Shown one piece after another: positions 9,263 through 18,809 of a stretch of 57,866 nucleotides of DNA (its first letter is position 1; each line of letters opens with the position of its first letter). The DNA is from Bacteroidales bacterium (lineage in GTDB: Bacteria > Bacteroidota > Bacteroidia > Bacteroidales > VadinHA17): positions 1 through 57,866 of the forward strand of contig JAAYQC010000085.1 of NCBI GenBank assembly GCA_012519515.1. The letters are read 5' to 3'. Both the position numbers and the translations under genes were made by a program. A model generated the notes under the pieces. The model made no database searches. It was given only the letters and a program-made list of their open reading frames with translations, and was not told the origin of the DNA.

Positions 9263-11173
9263 TTATCTCAGGGATGTTGCAGGCTCTTTCAGCAACTTCT
9301 TTTTAGATCTGCTGCGCGGCATTTTCAGACCGGGAGTGTCTGCCAATGCTTCGACGGCAAGTTCTGCAATGTCCATAACCCTGGTGCCGGTCGCCTGCGA
9401 CAGTGTCTTTTTGCAAAGAGGACAGGCAGTGATAAGTGAGTCGGGAGAACATTCAGTCAGTTTGCTGCAAACATCTTCTGCAATCTTTTGCCTCTTATCG
9501 CGACTCAGCATAATGTTTCCAAGGCTGCCTCCACAACACAGCGAATTTTCATCATCAAAAGCGGTGGCTTCGAGAGTGGCCACATGCTTTATTACTTCCC
9601 GGGGCTCATAGTATACACCCGACCGCCGGCCAAGCTCGCAGGGACTATGGTATGTAACCCTTTTCTGAAGAAAATTAAGATCGATAAAACCTTCATCTAT
9701 AATGCTTTTGATGAACTGAGAATGATGAAGCACTTCGGCGTCGAGATAATAGCTTTCCCTGAACACTTTATAGCATATCGGGCAGGAAGTAACAAGGGTT
9801 TGTGCTCCCGATTTCTCTATCAGCTGAGAATTGTAGTTTGTCAGTTCACGGGCTTCCCTGTCATTTCCTGCCAGCATAAGAGGCCTTCCGCAGCATACTC
9901 CGCCATGCTCGTCCATAAACGACCAGTTAAGGCCCGAGGCATCGAGTATTCTTACCATGGCCTTCTTCACCGAAGGTGTAAGATGAGTCATGCATCCTGC
10001 AAAATATAGAACATCAGTTTTTTCCTGCCTGAGCCGCGGAAGAAAATCATAGGATGTGCCGGCTTCCTGCTTCGGGGCCGGAACGGTCAGCCTGTTCCGG
10101 AAATAACCCTTCGATGTGTTCTCGTACATATACTCTTTTCCCTCTGCCCGCCTGACAATCATCCTGATCGGGGATATCTCAATCCCGACAGGGCAGATAT
10201 TATCACATCGCCCGCACATAAGGCAATTGTGGGCAACGTCATATAGTTCATCGCTGTTCCTGATCCCCTTCATCAGGTAGGTGGCCTGAATGGTGTTTAT
10301 ACCCGTTGTAAAGCCAAGCTGGCATACGTCAATGCACATTCCGCACGAAGAGCATGAATGCACTTCTACCTCGGAATAGGTTCCCGGTTTGTCGCCGGTC
10401 CGTATGCCCGAGTTGCGCATGAAGATGAGAAACAGTTCCGTGGGAATATGAAGATACCTGGTAAGCGGAAGCAGGACGAAAAAAGTACCCAGCGAAAGCG
10501 AATAGAGCCACCAGAAAGGATAGGCCAGCTCATTGGCCGGAAGAAAAGAGGCCAGTGCTTTTCCCAGGCTTCCTGTCAGAAAGCTTCCAGTACCATAGGC
10601 TCCGCATGTAAGACTCTCGGCAATAAGACGGCTTGGAAAAATAAGACATAACGATGTGAGGGCAATTTTGTCGAGCGGCTTAAGCCTGGTGGTCTTCTTC
10701 ATCCCGACAACCCTCGACGAAAACCTCTTGATTACAGCAATTAGAAGTCCCGACAGTATGAAGGCAAGGATGAGATCCATAAGGAAGGCATAGGAATTCT
10801 CGAAAAAGGTCTTTCCATGATCGGGATGGAAAAACCTGAAGAATATCGCCTTGTAGGAATGGTTAAGATGCTTTTCACTGAAGATGTTAGCCTCGATGGT
10901 CCCGAAAACTATAAGAAGAAACCATCCGAAGGCCAGGCTCATGTGCATGTAGCCCAGTCGCGGATTCGACTTAAGGATTTTCCGGTGAATAAGACTCTCG
11001 AGGAATATTTCTTTCAGACTCTGGCCGAATGCCCTCCCGAAGAAACCTCGCTGAAGCCTGAGCTTGTCAGGCCTTGAAAGCTCCCTGAACCAGATAATGC
11101 ACCTGACCACCGCATAGATGAGTATGAAGTAGAGTCCTATATTGAAGGGGATTACGAAAGGATCAAAGTTCAT
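9263..11173 (-). CDS. Membrane-anchored Fe-S oxidoreductase, HdrD/DsrK/GlpC-like (N-terminal multi-TM domain, 2x[4Fe-4S] motif and two CCG domains)
   Basis: The first ~270 aa contain hydrophobic helices. Downstream are CSSCGMCIDVCQ and CLMCGRCDNICPVG, followed by CCG motifs (GGVCCGRP, SLCCGGSLG). The start is taken at ATG 11173 (MNFDPF); the ORF track start 11209 is also possible. Confidence 0.75.
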   Translation of the reverse strand: MNFDPFVIPFNIGLYFILIYAVVRCIIWFRELSRPDKLRLQRGFFGRAFGQSLKEIFLESLIHRKILKSNPRLGYMHMSLAFGWFLLIVFGTIEANIFSEKHLNHSYKAIFFRFFHPDHGKTFFENSYAFLMDLILAFILSGLLIAVIKRFSSRVVGMKKTTRLKPLDKIALTSLCLIFPSRLIAESLTCGAYGTGSFLTGSLGKALASFLPANELAYPFWWLYSLSLGTFFVLLPLTRYLHIPTELFLIFMRNSGIRTGDKPGTYSEVEVHSCSSCGMCIDVCQLGFTTGINTIQATYLMKGIRNSDELYDVAHNCLMCGRCDNICPVGIEISPIRMIVRRAEGKEYMYENTSKGYFRNRLTVPAPKQEAGTSYDFLPRLRQEKTDVLYFAGCMTHLTPSVKKAMVRILDASGLNWSFMDEHGGVCCGRPLMLAGNDREARELTNYNSQLIEKSGAQTLVTSCPICYKVFRESYYLDAEVLHHSQFIKSIIDEGFIDLNFLQKRVTYHSPCELGRRSGVYYEPREVIKHVATLEATAFDDENSLCCGGSLGNIMLSRDKRQKIAEDVCSKLTECSPDSLITACPLCKKTLSQATGTRVMDIAELAVEALADTPGLKMPRSRSKKKLLKEPATSLR

Positions 11174-11507
11174 AGCCTTCTGTTTTTCGGAACGCCTGTT
11201 TTGCCACACTTATCACATTGCGGGTATTGACACCCCTGGGGCAGACCAGAATACACTTGCCGCATAGCATGCATTTCCTGATCTTCTCCCTTACCTGTTC
11301 ATTCTCACCCCTCTTTAGCAAGATATGTATCTCTCTCAGACTGAAATCAGTGAAATTCCCTGTCGTACACGTCGCGGTGCAGCATCCGCATTCGATACAA
11401 AGCTTAAGACTCGGCTCCCTTTCAATAATATATCTGACTATGCCGCGATCGTTGGCGTCATAGTTTATAACACGAGCTTTTGAAAGGGAAAATCCGAATT
11501 TTTCCAT
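11163..11507 (-). CDS. Small 4Fe-4S dicluster ferredoxin-like protein
   Basis: CIECGCCTATC and CMLCGKCILVCPRG cysteine motifs. The gene directly abuts the upstream gene and overlaps the downstream one. Confidence 0.7.
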   Translation of the reverse strand: MEKFGFSLSKARVINYDANDRGIVRYIIEREPSLKLCIECGCCTATCTTGNFTDFSLREIHILLKRGENEQVREKIRKCMLCGKCILVCPRGVNTRNVISVAKQAFRKTEGYEL

Positions 11508-12533
11508 TTACTTTTCCTGGTTGAGATAGTTGACAATCTCCATTACTGCGCCCCGCGCATGGGAAATCGTTTCTGTTATATTCAGCGGTGCAGTGCAGGT
11601 TCCCGCGTAAAACACACCTTTTATATTACCCATGTTGGTACCGAAATGATGATCGGCAGGCTGGAAAAACCTGTTCTCCCCCCTTTTGAGCTTAGCCTCA
11701 TCCGCCAGCCTGATACCATCTTCCGACATCTCCATTCCTGCCATCAGAACAAGTATGTCGAGTTCCATCTTAAGGGGCCGCCCTACAAGCGTATCCTCTA
11801 CTTTTGCTACCAGCCTGTTCTGAATGTTAACGGCCACTTCCGACACCTTTCCGCGGATGAAGCTGACCGAATATTTTTCCTGGGCTTCCTTGTAAAGCTC
11901 TTCATACAACGCTCCTCCCATCCTCATATCCATATAGAAGCAGAAAACCTTGCACGAGGGAAGAACTTTCCTTACCTCAATAGCCTGCTTAACGGCAGTA
12001 ACGCAGCAAAGCTTGGAGCAATAGATATTCCCGGCTTTTTCATCCCTGGAACCCACGCAATGAAGAAATCCTATCCTTTCCGGCTTGTTGCCGTTTACAA
12101 GTTTAAGCTCGTTCTTCCTGAACATCGCTTCAAGATCGGCAGAGCTAATTACATTGTCATAAATACCGTAGCCGTACTCTTCCTTCCTTTCACTTCTAAA
12201 CAGATCAAAACCGGTTGCCAGCAACACGGCATCCGCGTTTATTGTTTCACCGTTTTCAACACTTACGGCAAATTCGTCGCCCTTCCTGCTAAATCCGGTC
12301 ACCTTACGTCCTTTCATCAGAAGTATGTTCTGATGCGAAACCAGTCCTCTGAGATATTCAAGAACTTCATCGCTGCTTCGCCGGTTGGGGAACAGATGAT
12401 ACCAATCCCTGAGATGTCCTCCCAGCTCATTTCCCTTTTCAACAAGAGTCACCGAAACACCCTCTCGGGCCAGACGGCCAGCAGCTTCCATTCCGGCAGT
12501 CCCGCCACCTATTACAACAACGTGTCTGCCCAT
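11508..12533 (-). CDS. FAD-dependent oxidoreductase, short HdrA-like
   Basis: N-terminal dinucleotide fold VVVIGGGTAGMEAA. The HCVGSRD ... CSKLCC block resembles the HdrA cluster-binding CSRxCC region. Confidence 0.75.
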   Translation of the reverse strand: MGRHVVVIGGGTAGMEAAGRLAREGVSVTLVEKGNELGGHLRDWYHLFPNRRSSDEVLEYLRGLVSHQNILLMKGRKVTGFSRKGDEFAVSVENGETINADAVLLATGFDLFRSERKEEYGYGIYDNVISSADLEAMFRKNELKLVNGNKPERIGFLHCVGSRDEKAGNIYCSKLCCVTAVKQAIEVRKVLPSCKVFCFYMDMRMGGALYEELYKEAQEKYSVSFIRGKVSEVAVNIQNRLVAKVEDTLVGRPLKMELDILVLMAGMEMSEDGIRLADEAKLKRGENRFFQPADHHFGTNMGNIKGVFYAGTCTAPLNITETISHARGAVMEIVNYLNQEK

Positions 12534-12534
12534 A

Positions 12535-13596
12535 TCAGGAATTAATTAGATTTTTCGGTATCGGCATCTGCCTGCCGTCTTTTGTACGGAATTTATCGCT
12601 GGGATCAAATTCGATTCCCATCTTCCTTAAAAGCGGTTCCGACTGAACCATATGGATCTGTAAGCCTATATCCCATGGATTATAACCCATCACCAGGGCG
12701 GCAAGCTCTTCATAGGTAAGTACGGGAATAGACTCTCCATTGTCTCCGAAGGTTGTACCCTCCATCTCTTTTATTGTATACTGCCACTTGTCCATGAACA
12801 TGGTGCAGCCCGGACAGTTGGTGAGAACCAGGTCAGGCTTGTATGCTTTCATTGATGAAAACTTCTTGACGGTATTTGAAAGCGAATAACCCCTGTTGGC
12901 CTGAACAAGATACTGCCTGAATCCAAAACCGCAACAATGCCTTCTCTCGGGATAATCGATAACCTGGCCTCCCCACGACTCAATCATACCGCTGAGAACT
13001 TGCGGAAATTCGGCCCCTCCCACTCCATATTTCGGGAAAATCTTTGCATAATGACAACCAATGTGTTCAACAACCCTGAGAGGTTCGCCCGTCTGTTTGT
13101 TTATAAGAGGATATTTTGCAGCGGCGGCAATCTGATCGCGGAACTTGTAGACAAGATCACTCGTATGAACAACATTCTCAGGCACATCAAACTCCCTGCC
13201 CGTTGCCTTGTACAGGTATTCCCTTGTTTTTTCAAGCTCCTCCGGAAAATGCTTCCAGGTCTCAAGTATCTCGGTGTAAATACCAAAGGAGGTTACGCAA
13301 GAGATAGCTATGTTCTTGTATCCGGCCTCCTTCATAAGAGCGTAATGACGGGCTATAACGGTCTGGATGGTCGAAAAGGGAACAACATCGGCATGATATC
13401 CTATCCCGGTACAGGTGGTATGAGATGGATTCTCATACACATCCTTGCCCAGAACATCGCGCATAAGATGCAGGAAAAACTGCTCCGAGCCCGGGAAAAA
13501 ACTCTGCCTGATGCACGACCTTACATAAAAGAAATGATCATCAGCTATTTCCTTCTGATAATCGCGCCATACCATTCTGTTATCTTTCTCTTTCAT
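12535..13596 (-). CDS. Heterodisulfide reductase subunit B-like (CCG-domain protein)
   Basis: Cysteine-rich CCG-type motifs (RRHCCGFGF, TNCPGCTMF). The gene sits between HdrC-like and HdrA-like genes with 1-10 nt spacers. Confidence 0.75.
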   Translation of the reverse strand: MKEKDNRMVWRDYQKEIADDHFFYVRSCIRQSFFPGSEQFFLHLMRDVLGKDVYENPSHTTCTGIGYHADVVPFSTIQTVIARHYALMKEAGYKNIAISCVTSFGIYTEILETWKHFPEELEKTREYLYKATGREFDVPENVVHTSDLVYKFRDQIAAAAKYPLINKQTGEPLRVVEHIGCHYAKIFPKYGVGGAEFPQVLSGMIESWGGQVIDYPERRHCCGFGFRQYLVQANRGYSLSNTVKKFSSMKAYKPDLVLTNCPGCTMFMDKWQYTIKEMEGTTFGDNGESIPVLTYEELAALVMGYNPWDIGLQIHMVQSEPLLRKMGIEFDPSDKFRTKDGRQMPIPKNLINS

Positions 13597-13606
13597 ATTG
13601 AATATA

Positions 13607-14317
13607 TCAATAGGTATGCTTCTTTTCGGAGGACGTGAATGTCATAATGAAATATTCATTGTCAATCCCTTCATCATCGAATTGAAGCCCCATTTCAGCT
13701 GCTTTCTTTTTCGAGTGAACCTCTATGGTTTCAAACAACTCCGTACCTCCGGTAATCTCGAATATCTTCCTGAGCTCTTCCTTCGCGTCTTCAGGTATCT
13801 TCCTCAGCGGACCTTCGCCCAGCTCGTCGATCTTGCCTCCCAAACGCTCATAAATATCCCTGGAATTATCAAGTATATACTGCCATACCGGCCCCTGCTC
13901 ACGATGCATGTCGGGCCTGACGGCATAGGTAGCGACACAATATCCGTATTTGAAAATATTCTCCCCGACAGTCCGCTTGATGGCAAACTGCTGTCTCCCC
14001 TTTTCCGACTCGGTAAAAAAACCAAGCTTCTGAGAAAGGGTTCTTAGCGACATGACGACCAGCGCGGGAGTGTTGCCTCTCGGGCATCTGGTCTTGCACG
14101 ACATGCATTCCCCGCAATACCATATCGTCTCAGATTTGAGAAGTTTTTCTATATCATCGTTATCACCCTTCTGCACCGTATCAACAATTTTCCGGGGATC
14201 ATAGTCATAGAATTCGGCTGCCGGACATATGGCCGTACAGATACCGCAGTTCATGCAGGCTTTGAGACCTTCCACAAACCTGATATCCTGCTTCAGAAGT
14301 TCCAGATAGTTTTCCAT
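13607..14317 (-). CDS. Heterodisulfide reductase subunit C-like (2x[4Fe-4S])
   Basis: CMNCGICTAICP and CGECMSCKTRCPRG motifs. It is the first gene of the co-directional cluster. Confidence 0.75.
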   Translation of the reverse strand: MENYLELLKQDIRFVEGLKACMNCGICTAICPAAEFYDYDPRKIVDTVQKGDNDDIEKLLKSETIWYCGECMSCKTRCPRGNTPALVVMSLRTLSQKLGFFTESEKGRQQFAIKRTVGENIFKYGYCVATYAVRPDMHREQGPVWQYILDNSRDIYERLGGKIDELGEGPLRKIPEDAKEELRKIFEITGGTELFETIEVHSKKKAAEMGLQFDDEGIDNEYFIMTFTSSEKKHTY

Positions 14318-14488
14318 TCAGGATGTAATTGATGTGACCGGGTACTGTTATTTTATTAACAACAAAATTACTTTTTTGAACAGTGGCATATAATAGGCTT
14401 AAAACTTATTTTACTGTGAGTATAAATACCTACTCCAACTTCCTTGTTCAGGTTGTTGGGTGAAGGAAGAATATATGAATATTTATTG

Positions 14489-14496
14489 TAATTTTG
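14489..14496 (+). promoter_or_regulatory. Candidate -7 box (TAATTTTG) immediately upstream of ATG 14501
   Basis: Exact TAnnTTTG match ending 4 nt before the start codon. This would imply a very short or absent leader. Confidence 0.3.
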
Positions 14497-14500
14497 AGGT

Positions 14501-15346
14501 ATGATACTCATTGCTGAAAGTGGCGGGACAAAAACAAACTGGTGTGCCGTTTCGGATTCCCGCGAAACCGGTATTATTCCAAGTATCGGGCTCAACCCGA
14601 ATTTCGTATCGAAGGACACTATCCGTGATGTGTTGTTGGAGGAAGTACTCCCGGCAATGAATAATCCTCCCATTGATGAAGTCTGGTTTTACGGCGCAGG
14701 ATGTGCTGGAGAAGCCATGCTTGCCAAAGTTGCGGATGCAGTGAATTCCGCTCTTCCTGACATCAGGGTCAATGTGCTTTCCGATCTTGCAGGAGCTGCA
14801 AAAGGAATGCTCGGAAATCAGCCCGGTTATATCTGTATGATAGGTACAGGATCAAACTCGGGATATTACGACGGCAGGAATATAACCGCCAACGTCCCTC
14901 CCCTGGGATTCATTCTTGGTGATGAAGGAAGCGGAGCATCACTCGGAAAGAAAATCATTGCCGATTTTCTGAGGGGAATAATGCCGAAACAGTTGTCAGA
15001 TGAATTCAGAAACATTTACGGAGCTGAGAAGGATGAAATTGTTTCAAATGTTTACAGGGGAGTTTTTCCAAGCCGCTATATCGGAGGCTTTGTGAAATTC
15101 CTGAATGACCATATCGGCGAACAGTATTGCAGGGAACTGGTTGAAACTTCATTCGGGGAATTCGTAAAGAGGAACCTGAACCTTTACGGCGCTCCCCGGG
15201 GTACTTCGATCGCTGTCACGGGATCGGTTGCCTGGCATTTCAGGACCATCCTGAAGGAAGTCTTCAGCAAAAACGGCTTTGTAATATCCTCAGTCTGCCA
15301 GGGACCAATTGAAGGACTGATAAAGTATCACAGGGAAAACTCATAA
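14501..15346 (+). CDS. N-acetylglucosamine/N-acetylmuramic acid kinase-like (BadF/BadG/BcrA/BcrD ATPase family, MurK-like)
   Basis: ASKHA phosphate-1 motif MILIAESGGTKT, plus GTGSN and GDEGSG motifs. The gene lies directly upstream of murQ, as in the Tannerella MurNAc utilisation locus. Confidence 0.75.
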   Translation: MILIAESGGTKTNWCAVSDSRETGIIPSIGLNPNFVSKDTIRDVLLEEVLPAMNNPPIDEVWFYGAGCAGEAMLAKVADAVNSALPDIRVNVLSDLAGAAKGMLGNQPGYICMIGTGSNSGYYDGRNITANVPPLGFILGDEGSGASLGKKIIADFLRGIMPKQLSDEFRNIYGAEKDEIVSNVYRGVFPSRYIGGFVKFLNDHIGEQYCRELVETSFGEFVKRNLNLYGAPRGTSIAVTGSVAWHFRTILKEVFSKNGFVISSVCQGPIEGLIKYHRENS

Positions 15347-15417
15347 ACTTAAACAATTAATATTAATGATATTCTGAGGCGGAGGCATAGGAAGATGTTT
15401 TTAACCGGAAAGCAGAT

Positions 15418-16254
15418 ATGACCAGTGTGACGGAATCCGATTCCCTTTACAACGATCTTGAAAAGATGCCGGTATGGGAAATACTCGAATCAATAAACCA
15501 GGAAGACCAGAAAGTACCGCTTATAGTTAGAAAATCCATACCCGAAATAGCCCGCCTGGTTGAAGCAGTAGTGGCGAGAATGAAGAAGGGAGGCAGGCTT
15601 TTTTATATAGGTGCGGGAACCAGCGGACGCCTTGGCATCGTGGATGCATCCGAGATACCTCCCACTTTCGGCCTCGATCACGGTTATGTAATCGGACTGA
15701 TATCCGGAGGCGACGGGGCGATCAGAAAGGCAGTGGAGATGGCCGAAGACAATGAGGAACTTGGATGGAAAGACATTCTGGCTTTCAAGCCCACCCCCCT
15801 GGATGTGGTGGTCGGAATAGCAGCATCGGGAACAACACCCTATGTGATCGGTGCCCTGAAGGGAGCCCGGCAAAACGGATTATTCACAGCTTCCATAACA
15901 TGCAATCCCGGGTCGCCCGTGGCAGCCCAGGCTGATGTAGCTATCGAGGTCATAACAGGCCCTGAATTCGTGACAGGCAGCACCAGGATGAAAGCAGGCA
16001 CAGCCCAGAAACTGGTTCTCAACATGATTACCACAACAACCATGATAAGACTGGGAAGAGTGAAAGGAAATAAAATGGTTAACATGCAGCTTACCAACCA
16101 GAAACTTATCAGAAGGGGAACAAAGATGATTTCCGATGAGCTCGGACTTGATCCGGAAACTTCAAAAAAACTGCTTCTCCTTCATGGATCGGTCAAAAGA
16201 GCCATCGATGCGTATACTGAAAATAATAATGATTCAAGTCAAACACAAGCATGA
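15418..16254 (+). CDS. murQ: N-acetylmuramic acid 6-phosphate etherase
   Basis: SIS domain with GAGTSGRLG, ASGTTPYV and GSTRMKAGTAQK. Confidence 0.9.
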   Translation: MTSVTESDSLYNDLEKMPVWEILESINQEDQKVPLIVRKSIPEIARLVEAVVARMKKGGRLFYIGAGTSGRLGIVDASEIPPTFGLDHGYVIGLISGGDGAIRKAVEMAEDNEELGWKDILAFKPTPLDVVVGIAASGTTPYVIGALKGARQNGLFTASITCNPGSPVAAQADVAIEVITGPEFVTGSTRMKAGTAQKLVLNMITTTTMIRLGRVKGNKMVNMQLTNQKLIRRGTKMISDELGLDPETSKKLLLLHGSVKRAIDAYTENNNDSSQTQA

Positions 16255-16892
16255 GCAATACTGACAATCACCTCAGCACTCTTTGCAGCAGGTACCCTGC
16301 CCTCACCGGCCTCAGGGACAATATAGCCGAAGCAGCGGAAATGATTATAAGCTGTTACAATCAGGGAGGCAAACTGCTTGTTTGCGGAAACGGGGGAAGC
16401 TGCGCCGATGCCGAACACCTCACGGCTGAGCTGATGAAAAGTTTTGAAAAGGAAAGGCCACTCGACCAATCACTTATCGACCGGCTATGCGAAATATCCC
16501 CCGAAAGGGGCAGATTCCTGGGCGAAAAGCTGAGTCATGCTCTCCCGGCAATTCCCCTTACTTCAAATACAGCCCTTACAACAGCTGTCAGCAACGATAC
16601 GGACTCTTCTCTTATTTTTGCCCAGCAGCTTATTGGCTATGGAAACGAGGGAGATATACTGATCGGATTAAGCACCTCTGGAAACTCCGTGAATGTGATT
16701 GATGCCTGTATCACGGCCAGGGCCCTGAATATGAATATTATAGGTTTTACCGGAAGCAGTGGCGGAAAAATGAAGCAGTTCTGCGATATTCTTATCAATG
16801 TCCCTGAAACAAGAACTGCCTGGGTTCAGGAATTGTTGCTCCCTGCCATGCATACCGTATGCCTCATAGTGGAAGATTTTTTTTACAGCTGA
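16251..16892 (+). CDS. SIS-domain sugar-phosphate isomerase, GmhA-like (sedoheptulose-7-P isomerase family)
   Basis: CGNGGSCADAEH and LSTSGNS motifs. The ATGA start/stop overlaps murQ. Confidence 0.8.
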   Translation: MSNTDNHLSTLCSRYPALTGLRDNIAEAAEMIISCYNQGGKLLVCGNGGSCADAEHLTAELMKSFEKERPLDQSLIDRLCEISPERGRFLGEKLSHALPAIPLTSNTALTTAVSNDTDSSLIFAQQLIGYGNEGDILIGLSTSGNSVNVIDACITARALNMNIIGFTGSSGGKMKQFCDILINVPETRTAWVQELLLPAMHTVCLIVEDFFYS

Positions 16893-16907
16893 TAAAACAA
16901 AAGAATA

Positions 16908-18809
16908 ATGAATCCAGAATCTCTTAAGGAAGTACTCGAAAAGATCCAAACGACAAAAATCGGAGTCGTCGGCGATTTCTGCCTCGATGCCTACTGGTTT
17001 ATAGATGAATCGAAAACCGAGATCTCAATTGAGACCGGAAAACCCACCACTCCTGTCAGACGGCAGAAGTATTCGCTGGGAGGCGCCGGAAACGTTGCAA
17101 GCAACCTTACAGCGCTGGGAGTCCGCGATGTAAGAGCTTTCGGCGTGATTGGAAACGATCCCTTCGGAACTGAAATGATAGCTCTGCTGAACAGCAATGG
17201 CATTGATTCGCGGAATGTGCTGACACAGGAAAACGACTGGTCAACTCATGTGTACATAAAACCTCATATCGGCGATGAAGAACAGAGCCGTATCGATTTC
17301 GGAAACTTCAACATCCTGTCGGATGAAACAGCTGAACGTCTAATTGCAAACCTGAGGGTCGAGTTGCACGAAGTGGACCTGGTAATCATCAACCAGCAGG
17401 TCGCCTCGGGAATTCACACTCCCTGGTTCAGGCAGAAACTTAAAGAAGTTATAAGGCAGTTCTCAGAGAAAATATTCATAACTGACAGCCGGGAATTCAC
17501 CGACGAGTACGGCGGAGCATACAGGAAGATGAACGACAGGGAAGCTGCAAGGCTTTGCAGTGTACACCTTGCATCCGGTGAATCATTGTCGTATACGGAG
17601 CTTATTAATGCCGCCGAGAGACTCTATGACCGATACATGAAGCCGCTTTTCATAACCAGGGGTGACCGCGGTTCAATAGTGACCGACGATAAGGGAATAC
17701 TTGAGATAGAATCGATGATGATAACAGGCAGAACCGACACGGTGGGAGCCGGCGACAGCTATCTCGCGGGTGTCGCTTCTGCACTTGCCGCGGGCTTTAA
17801 CCCCGGGACGGCCGGCCGGCTAGGAAATTTTGCAGCAGGTGTAACCGTTCAGAAGCTTTTTCAGACCGGCACGGCCAGCCCCGAAGAGGTAATTGCCATC
17901 GGAAGTGATGCCGATTATGTCTATCATCCCGATCTGGCTGAAGATATCAGACAGGCAAAATACCATCCCGATTCTGAAATCGAGATCATTACAACATGGC
18001 ATAAGCCTCCTGAAATAAAACATGCCATATTTGACAACGACGGAACTATTTCAACCTTCCGCCAGGGATGGGAATATATTATGGCCCCCATGATGGTCAG
18101 GGCAATCCTCGGCGACAGATACGATGATGCCGGTGAAACAACACTGAAAAAGGTAAGATCAGCAGTCGACGACCTTATTGATAAAACAACCGGTATCCAG
18201 ACTTTAAGGCAAATGCTTCACCTTGGTGAGCTTGTAAGGGAATTCGGCTTTGTAGCCGAAGGTGACATACTTGACGCCCACGGCTATAAGGAGATCTACA
18301 ACGAAGATCTGATTGCCATGGTCAGACGACGGGAAGCAAAACTCAGACGGGGAGAGATATCAACGGATGATCTTAGTATCAAGAATGCAATTCCTTTTCT
18401 GAAAGTACTTTACGAAAAAGGGATCAGGCTCTGGCTTACCAGCGGAACCGACACGGCCGATGTCAGGCATGAAGCAGAGGTGCTTGGCTACGCATACCTT
18501 TTTGAAGAAAGGATATTCGGAGCGACAGGGGATATTGATGCCGAAGCGAAGAAGATGGTTCTCGATTCGATACTTGATTCGATCGGAAAAGATGATGCTG
18601 CATCAATAATTACATTCGGCGACGGTCCGGTTGAGATCAGGGAAACCCACAAGCGCGGCGGCCTCACCGCGGGCGTGGCCAGCAACGAACTCAGGCGCTA
18701 TGGTCTTAATCCTTCAAAAAGAACCCGTTTGATAAAGGCAGGGGCCGATATCGTTATTCCCGATTTCGCGCAGCCTGAAATTTTACTTGGACTTTTAAAT
18801 ATCAGATAG
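16908..18809 (+). CDS. Fusion protein: RfaE/HldE domain-I-like PfkB sugar kinase plus HAD-superfamily phosphatase
   Basis: The N-terminus IGVVGDFCLDAYWF...GGAGNVASNL and the GAGDSYLAG motif indicate a PfkB/heptose-7-P kinase type. The C-terminal half has the HAD motif I (AIFDNDGTIS) and later GDG. Confidence 0.75.
   Translation: MNPESLKEVLEKIQTTKIGVVGDFCLDAYWFIDESKTEISIETGKPTTPVRRQKYSLGGAGNVASNLTALGVRDVRAFGVIGNDPFGTEMIALLNSNGIDSRNVLTQENDWSTHVYIKPHIGDEEQSRIDFGNFNILSDETAERLIANLRVELHEVDLVIINQQVASGIHTPWFRQKLKEVIRQFSEKIFITDSREFTDEYGGAYRKMNDREAARLCSVHLASGESLSYTELINAAERLYDRYMKPLFITRGDRGSIVTDDKGILEIESMMITGRTDTVGAGDSYLAGVASALAAGFNPGTAGRLGNFAAGVTVQKLFQTGTASPEEVIAIGSDADYVYHPDLAEDIRQAKYHPDSEIEIITTWHKPPEIKHAIFDNDGTISTFRQGWEYIMAPMMVRAILGDRYDDAGETTLKKVRSAVDDLIDKTTGIQTLRQMLHLGELVREFGFVAEGDILDAHGYKEIYNEDLIAMVRRREAKLRRGEISTDDLSIKNAIPFLKVLYEKGIRLWLTSGTDTADVRHEAEVLGYAYLFEERIFGATGDIDAEAKKMVLDSILDSIGKDDAASIITFGDGPVEIRETHKRGGLTAGVASNELRRYGLNPSKRTRLIKAGADIVIPDFAQPEILLGLLNIR

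Noticed and set aside
11559-13638. 328-aa and 233-aa + strand ORFs (11559-12545 and 12937-13638)
   Set aside because: They are antisense to the HdrA-like and HdrB-like genes, which carry clear cofactor motifs. The + strand translations have no recognisable features.
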